A stretch of DNA of 45,658 nucleotides from Thainema sp. (GTDB taxonomy: Bacteria > Cyanobacteriota > Cyanobacteriia > Phormidesmidales > Phormidesmidaceae), in assembly GCA_052168235.1 (NCBI GenBank), contig JBQLZK010000061.1:1-45658 (forward strand). The letters run 5' to 3'. This document shows, in pieces, positions 41,401 to 45,658 of this stretch. A program made the translations under genes and the position numbers. The notes beneath the pieces were generated by a model that was given only the letters and a program-made list of their open reading frames with translations, did no database searches and was not told where the DNA came from. The number at the start of each line of letters is the position of its first letter. The stretch's first letter is position 1.

Positions 41401-41996
41401 CGCGAGCATTGAACTGCAATGTGGAACTGGTGCGGGCAGGCACGCTCTACCATGACATCGGCAAGATGCACGATCCGCTGGGCTTTATTGAAAATCAGAT
41501 GGGTGGCCCCAACAAGCACGACGAAATTAATGACCCTTGGAAAAGTGCAGTCATTATCAAGAAGAATGTAACCGAAGGAATTGTGATGGCGAAAAAGTGC
41601 CGTCTGCCTAAGGCGGTACGAGCCTTTATTCCTGAGCATCAGGGTACAATGCTGATCACTTACTTCTACCATCAAGCCCAGCAGATGGCCGAAACCGATT
41701 CCACTATCATCTTGAATGAGCAAGACTTTCGGTATGATGGCCCTATTCCCCAATCCCGTGAAACTGGCATTGTGATGTCAGCTCATTACTGCGCAAAATC
41801 ACTACGACTGCTTAAAGCTTTTGATCCTATTGAAGCTCTAAAGGCAGTTCATCAAGTGTTACAGTATCTTGATAAGGATGGACAACTTCTAGATTCAGGT
41901 CTTCGTCAAAAAGAACTAGATCAGATTGCTGACATCTTTGTACAGGTTTGGTTACAGTCTCAGTGGAGCGGGAATTTGCTGAGTACTTCTAAATGA
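38478..41996 (+). CDS. AAA_35 NTPase-coiled coil fused to a PgpH-like 7TM-HD (HDIG) module
   Basis: Same AAA_35 motifs; Q/E/A/K-rich coiled coil; from ~40006 a TM, QRFYNEPKL, extracellular region, multiple TMs, RLAELSNPNRPLL, APGTFQH, YHDIGK, FIENQ, EHQGT, FRYDGPIPQSRETGIVM; single uninterrupted 1172-aa ORF. Confidence 0.9.
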   Translation: MSGNTNNYEYQVGGSLPPNSPTYVKRRADDDLYTKLTAGEFCYVLNSRQMGKSSLRVQTMQRLKAEGIACAVIDITAIGSQNISADQWYAGIIRSLTTNFNLARKVNLRTWLRERDFLTPIQRLGEFIEFILLEEIDQPIVVFIDEIDGVLSFQFSIDDFFAYIRFCSNQRVDKPIYKKLTFCLLGVAAPAALIQDKRRTPFNIGHAIPLRGFQFDEARSLTLGLQKKAENPESVLQEILVWTGGQPFLTQKVCDLVRSLNVFIHTKDEVASIAHLVRTHIIDSWENQDEPEHLRTIRDRLLSDEKKTGSLLSIYQQVLQKGSIYTDGSQEQTELRLSGLVFEQNGKLRVYNRIYELIFSKNWIDSTLANLRPYAEALAAWINSSYTDSSRLLRGQALRDALVWSSNKSLSISDYSFLSASQSLEREMMQAELRAQQKANRILEKAKQKVELALQQEQQAKQKMLEAEHQSAQAMQRLELALEQERRIEAKVLKSEKKSFPTKHDKHKKDRTPFVGFSIAVFLLAAAIGQRFYNEPKLTVGTVAPQTFVAPENATITDEAATAERRRAAENGSLKILMIDSAADQAILNRLQQLLNQGTQIRQNPEILTQEELQDSSFFYLHGETLLNFSSAEWWETQTAIRDIVQEILAGGIAQGTPDSVLQRAVDWQVESSVPAKAQSFATKLILEVLKPNLIEDSEQTRMAAQRAAQAVDPVQYTVQEGGTIVAVGEEITQETFVVLDYFGLSRRGVNWIGFVGFGIAITGSVTLFLWVEQTFYLGLRHRDHILLFLLALSTPVVAVVNSSIVTLPAVGLLTGSFYGSILSVTVVGLLAVLLPIGLELSMVPFIAAAAGGIVGGIMAGRLRSREELALLGGAVGLTQAVVYLLLTLIFTGGSSPIWYLLIANSAWHGFIGLAWSVVALGISPYLEHVFDLVTAIRLAELSNPNRPLLKRFAYEAPGTFQHTMFVASLAEAAARALNCNVELVRAGTLYHDIGKMHDPLGFIENQMGGPNKHDEINDPWKSAVIIKKNVTEGIVMAKKCRLPKAVRAFIPEHQGTMLITYFYHQAQQMAETDSTIILNEQDFRYDGPIPQSRETGIVMSAHYCAKSLRLLKAFDPIEALKAVHQVLQYLDKDGQLLDSGLRQKELDQIADIFVQVWLQSQWSGNLLSTSK

Positions 41997-42065
41997 TAGG
42001 CGGTGTTTATTAGCAGTTCTTGCTGGTTTTTAGTTGCTTTAGTTTTGATTGTCAGTAACCTCGTA

Positions 42066-42094
42066 TTGACTCCACCGGGCAAATCCCGTACTGT
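42066..42094 (+). promoter_or_regulatory. Sigma70-type promoter
   Basis: TTGACT (42066-42071) - 17 nt - TACTGT (42089-42094); predicted start near 42101, immediately before a hairpin. Confidence 0.7.
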
Positions 42095-42100
42095 GAAACG

Positions 42101-42335
42101 TTAAGTTGTCGAGCGAACCATCACCAAATCGCCTCGACAGCCGGACACCAGAAATCTAGTCAACGCCACCCAGAGTTGCTGGCACAACCCTGAGCGGCTG
42201 ACCTGCTAAACGTTGGAACTAGCAACGCGCAGGCTTGGGTAATTGTAGCCTCAGCCGCTCTGCATTGCACTTCAAAGTTGCAGGGGGGCTAGGTTTTTGG
42301 CTTTCCTCCGAACGTCAAAAACCAAAGGAAACACA
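42101..42335 (+). ncRNA. Candidate structured cis-regulatory leader RNA
   Basis: Complementary segments 42105-42116/42129-42141, 42148-42159/42289-42300, 42192-42201/42251-42260, 42202-42206/42229-42233, 42292-42301/42314-42323, and anti-SD 42302-42307 / SD 42326-42331. Confidence 0.55.
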
Positions 42336-42620
42336 ATGACATACTTAATCTCTGGTGCTGCTCCCCACGCAGCGCCACAGCCTCGCGCGGCTCATCCTGA
42401 CCAGCCCCAGCGCCACGGTCGCCATCCGCTGCGGATTATCCTGCTCGGCACCCGCCCCGACATCATTGTCACGATCAAAAACCTGCATCGACGCGGCTTT
42501 GCCGAAGCGAACGAGTGGAGCCAACCGATCCCCTGTCCCAGTGCAGGCGACGTGGCGCGAATTCTGGCTCAGCGGCAACCGGATGATCAAATCAGCATCC
42601 TCACCCGCTATCTCAGCTAG
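42336..42620 (+). CDS. Small hypothetical protein (94 aa)
   Basis: RBS aaagga before ATG 42336; RHPLRIILLG...TIKNLHRRGFAEANEWSQPIP...ISILTRY resembles a recurrent cyanobacterial hypothetical family (from memory, not searched). Confidence 0.75.
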   Translation: MTYLISGAAPHAAPQPRAAHPDQPQRHGRHPLRIILLGTRPDIIVTIKNLHRRGFAEANEWSQPIPCPSAGDVARILAQRQPDDQISILTRYLS

Positions 42621-42622
42621 TT

Positions 42623-42970
42623 GCCCTCACCCTAAATCCCTCTCCCAGTGCGGGCTACTGCTTATATACAAGCCTTCTAGACTTCGTTTTGACATTGAGA
42701 TCCCCCTAAATCCCCCTTAAAAAGGGGGAACCTGCTCAAAGTTCCCCCTTACTTCGTTTTGACATTGAGATCCCCCCTAGCCCCCCTTAAAAAAGGGGGA
42801 ACCTGCTCAAAGTTCCCCCTTTTTAAGGGGGATTTAGGGGGATCAGTCAGGGTTTAGAAGAACCACTTAGATGTGTATAAACAGTAGCCCAGTGCGGGAA
42901 AGGGACTTTGAAAGACCAACCTTCTGGCTCTCCTTCTCCTGTGGGGGAAAGGGCTGGGGGATGAGGGCAA
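42623..42970. repeat. Outer dispersed hairpin repeat split by an inner MITE
   Basis: gccctcaccctaaatccctctccc... and ...gggaaagggactttgaa...gggctgggggatgagggcaa; the halves rejoin at cccagtgcggg. Confidence 0.75.
42654..42888. mobile_element. MITE-like element with TIRs, target-site duplication and internal 70-bp tandem duplication
   Basis: Ends gctactgcttatataca / tgtgtataaacagtagc; flanking direct repeat cccagtgcggg (42644-42654 and 42888-42898; 9-11 bp depending on end choice); duplicated unit at 42681-42750 and 42751-42821. Confidence 0.8.
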
Positions 42971-43291
42971 TTAAACAAATTCTCTCCTGTGATAGAGAGA
43001 CAATTAGGGGAAAAAGACCGAATCTAAAATATCGAAACTCCATCGAACAACTCCTATCAGTCATCATCTGCGAGTCGGTGATTCGGGTTGCTCGTGAGTT
43101 GCCAAATCTACCTGTGAAAACCAACGTGAATTCCGTAGAAGTCCCGCCGCGCGAGACTCCCATGAAATTCAACTTTCAAGTTTTGCAGTTGATTGAGCAG
43201 CCGAGCAGATAGGACAACAACCAGTTCAAACGACATCAGCGGCCAGGAATTCAGTTTCCTGGCCCTTCTCTATAAAAGCAACATTACATAC

Positions 43292-45412
43292 ATGCTTGTA
43301 TTTTTAGTTGAACCCATTTCAGAAACACTCCAGGAGCCGATTACCACCTTCGCGCTGCTGATTGCGATTGTCCTGATTACGCCGCCGCTGTTTGAGCGGA
43401 TTAAGCTGCCCGGACTGGTGGGCCTGTTGGCCGCAGGCGTCTTATTTGGTGGCAGTGGTTTAGGCTGGCTCAACGCCGACTCCGAAACCATGAAGCTGTT
43501 TTCCGAAATCGGCAAAATCTACCTGATGTTTGTGGCAGGACTAGAAATTGACCTGGCCCTGTTCCAAAAAACGCGCAACCGCTCAATGGGCTTCGGCTTC
43601 TTGACCTTTGCCATTCCCCTACTGGGCGGCATCGGCATCGGTTTGCTGTTTGGCTTTGGCTGGCTGGCTGCTGTCCTAATTGGTTCACTGCTAGCTTCCC
43701 ACACGCTGCTGGCCTATCCCATCGTGCAGCGACTCGGCGTCGTCGGTGATGAAGCCGTCACCGTCACCGTGGGCGCAACTATCTTCACCGATATCGGTTC
43801 GCTGCTGGTGCTGGCGATCTGCTTGGGGATTAGCCAAGGCGACTTTTCGGCCTTGAAGCTAATCACGCTGCTGGGGTCGCTGGCACTATATGCGATCGCA
43901 GTTTTATTTGGCCTTAAGCAGCTCGGTAAAGCCTTTTTCCGCCGTACGGGCAAAGATGAGGGCAACCAGTTCCTATTTGTCATGCTCTCTGTCTTTCTCT
44001 GTGCCCTGGTCGCTCAGCTCATCGGTGTTGAAAATATCATTGGTGCTTTCCTGGCCGGACTCGCGATCAATAGCGTGATTGGCGATGGCCCCGTGAAGGA
44101 AAAAACGGAGTTTATGGGCAGCGTCCTGTTTATTCCGCTGTTTTTCGTCAATATGGGACTGCTGCTGGATCTGAATGCTTTTGAGAGTATTCTGTCCTCA
44201 GTTGAGTTGCCTCTACTGGTTGTCGCCGTACTGCTATTGACCAAGCTGTTGGCGACGCTGGGTGCGCGGCAGATGTTTCACTACTCCTGGCCGCAAACCT
44301 GGACAATGTGGTCACTCTCCATTCCGCAAGTTGCGGCAACGCTGGCGGCAGCACTGGTGGGTTATGAAGCGGAAATTATTAACTCGCAGGTCTTCAACAG
44401 CGTCATTTTGCTGATGCTGGTCACGGCCATTCTGGGGCCGTTGGTCACGGCCAATGCCGCGCGGCAACTGGCGGTACAGGAATCATTTGATGAGCATGAG
44501 CTGCTTGACTGGTTGCCGCCACCCAGCGACATTCCCGAATCGTTCTCCATTGTGGTGCCCGTTTATAACCCCAATACGGAGCATTCGCTGATCGAGCTGG
44601 CCGCTACCGTTGCCCGCTACAAAAATGGCCGCGTCATTCCCTTAGCCATTGCCCTTGCCCAACCCCAGATGGATTCTCCCCAGCTGGCTCGTGCTGTTGC
44701 CCTCAGTCGGCAGCGACTGGAAGCAGCGCAGATGATCAGCGAAAAGTTTGAGGCCAATATTGACCCCAAGCTGAGAATTGAATACAACGTGGCTCAGGCG
44801 GTTTGCCACGTCAGCCGCGAAGAAAACGCCAATCTGATTATCCTGGGCATGGGGCAGCAGGCTAGATTTAACCGCTATCTGTTCAGCAATATCCAAGACG
44901 ATGTGCTGTGGGCGGCTCACTGTCCGGTGATTGTGGCGCGGCTGCTGGAGTCACCAACTCAGTTCAAATCCATCTTGGTGCCGATTGAAAATCCATCCAT
45001 GCTGGCCTTACGGGCGCTGCGATTTGCCCAGGTACTTGCGGCAGCGAACGAGGGACAAATTACGCTGCTGCACGTTTGCAGTCCACGCGCCTCTCAAATT
45101 CGTAAAACCCGCTTGCAGAAGCAGCTTGAGACGCTGGTGGATCGGCTGCCTGCCGCAAATTGTCCAATCAACATTCAGCTACTGGCTTGCGACAATGTGG
45201 TTAGCACGATTGCGAAAAATGCACAGGATCATGACTTGGTGATTCTGCGATCGCAGCGTCGCCGCAGCGGGAATGGTCTAACCATTGGTGCAAACACCAC
45301 GCCGCTACTGGAACGGCTCAACGGATCGGTGATTCTAGTCGGTGAACCGCATCCCCAGCGGGTGCTGCGTCCAATTCGCCGCAATGCCTTACCGAATTTG
45401 ATGCCTGTTTGA
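43292..45412 (+). CDS. Cation:proton antiporter (CPA2/Kef-type, NhaS5-like) with C-terminal USP domains
   Basis: LPGLVGLL, LMFVAGLEID, ASHTLLAYPI, TIFTD, IIGAFLAGLA, FIPLFFVNMG, QVAATLAA; two USP-like repeats (IVVPVYNP...AHCPVIVAR; ILVPIEN...); ATG 43292 preferred. Confidence 0.92.
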   Translation: MLVFLVEPISETLQEPITTFALLIAIVLITPPLFERIKLPGLVGLLAAGVLFGGSGLGWLNADSETMKLFSEIGKIYLMFVAGLEIDLALFQKTRNRSMGFGFLTFAIPLLGGIGIGLLFGFGWLAAVLIGSLLASHTLLAYPIVQRLGVVGDEAVTVTVGATIFTDIGSLLVLAICLGISQGDFSALKLITLLGSLALYAIAVLFGLKQLGKAFFRRTGKDEGNQFLFVMLSVFLCALVAQLIGVENIIGAFLAGLAINSVIGDGPVKEKTEFMGSVLFIPLFFVNMGLLLDLNAFESILSSVELPLLVVAVLLLTKLLATLGARQMFHYSWPQTWTMWSLSIPQVAATLAAALVGYEAEIINSQVFNSVILLMLVTAILGPLVTANAARQLAVQESFDEHELLDWLPPPSDIPESFSIVVPVYNPNTEHSLIELAATVARYKNGRVIPLAIALAQPQMDSPQLARAVALSRQRLEAAQMISEKFEANIDPKLRIEYNVAQAVCHVSREENANLIILGMGQQARFNRYLFSNIQDDVLWAAHCPVIVARLLESPTQFKSILVPIENPSMLALRALRFAQVLAAANEGQITLLHVCSPRASQIRKTRLQKQLETLVDRLPAANCPINIQLLACDNVVSTIAKNAQDHDLVILRSQRRRSGNGLTIGANTTPLLERLNGSVILVGEPHPQRVLRPIRRNALPNLMPV

Positions 45413-45416
45413 TATA

Positions 45417-45500
45417 GCCCTCATCCCCCAGCCCCTTCTCCCAAAATGGGCGAAGGGGAACCGAAACTATAGCCTGCTCAAAGTCCCTCTCCTACTCTGG
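45417..45500. repeat. Second copy of the outer hairpin repeat, inverted relative to the first and again interrupted
   Basis: gccctcatcccccagccc is the reverse complement of 42951-42968; the copy ends at tccctctcctactctgg. Confidence 0.7.
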
Positions 45501-45605
45501 GCTACTGTTTATACATAAATCTCCTAGACTTCGTTTCGACGTTGAGATCCCCCCTAGCCTCCTTTAAAAAAGGGGGAACCTGCTCAAAGTCCCCCTTTTT
45601 AAGGG
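45501..45605. mobile_element. Left part of a second MITE copy
   Basis: gctactgtttatacata...ctagacttcgtttcgacgttgagatcccccctagcc...gggggaacctgctcaaagtcccccttttt, closely matching 42654-42830. Confidence 0.8.
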
Positions 45606-45658
45606 CAGGGCTGATTTATTGAAAAAAGGAAAATAGGCGGGGGATATCGTGGGCTAAA
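45606..45658. mobile_element. Probable end of a further inserted element (truncated by the window)
   Basis: MITE similarity stops abruptly after tttttaaggg and is replaced by cagggctgatttattg... Confidence 0.45.

Noticed and set aside
42681..42821. Possible CRISPR array
   Set aside because: Two abutting ~70-bp copies with no unique spacer, inside a MITE; no cas genes in the window.
42867..43212. ORFs 42871-43212 (+) and 42867-43172 (-)
   Set aside because: They begin or end in repeat DNA, overlap the antiporter upstream region and show no recognisable motifs.
42623..45658. Composite transposon carrying the antiporter gene
   Set aside because: The flanks are short dispersed repeats with different target sequences, no transposase lies between them, and the antiporter has host-like composition with HIP1.

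Overview
Cyanobacterial chromosomal DNA. It has about 50 HIP1 octamers (GCGATCGC, counted by eye), the psbA tail, a Rubisco activase and an hli gene; a filamentous lineage is my inference. The first ~33.9 kb is mostly housekeeping: purT, sugar-binding lipoprotein, M23 peptidase, birA, pgeF, 2-hydroxyacid dehydrogenase, rnb, rpsR, rpmG, pdeM, upp, REC-HD-GYP, rca, three GT-C glycosyltransferases, nitroreductase, GAF-PAS, ROK kinase, prx-katG, methyltransferase, sbcD, hli. It is interrupted by an AT-rich HNH gene behind psbA and a decayed IS701-like element. From ~33.9 to 42.0 kb lies an AT-rich, almost HIP1-free accessory island that reads as a candidate defence or regulated-death system. It contains a CU044_2847/Trypco-like small gene divergent from a three-gene run: caspase-TIR-AAA_35, AAA_35-coiled coil-2TM, and AAA_35-coiled coil fused to a PgpH-like 7TM-HD (c-di-AMP phosphodiesterase) module that has lost two metal ligands. 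Next comes a near-consensus promoter, a ~235-nt leader with mutually exclusive folds around the RBS and a possible antisense promoter, and a 94-aa unknown ORF. Nested MITE-like repeats then flank a cation:proton antiporter-USP gene. All family assignments are from motif recognition only; no searches were run.
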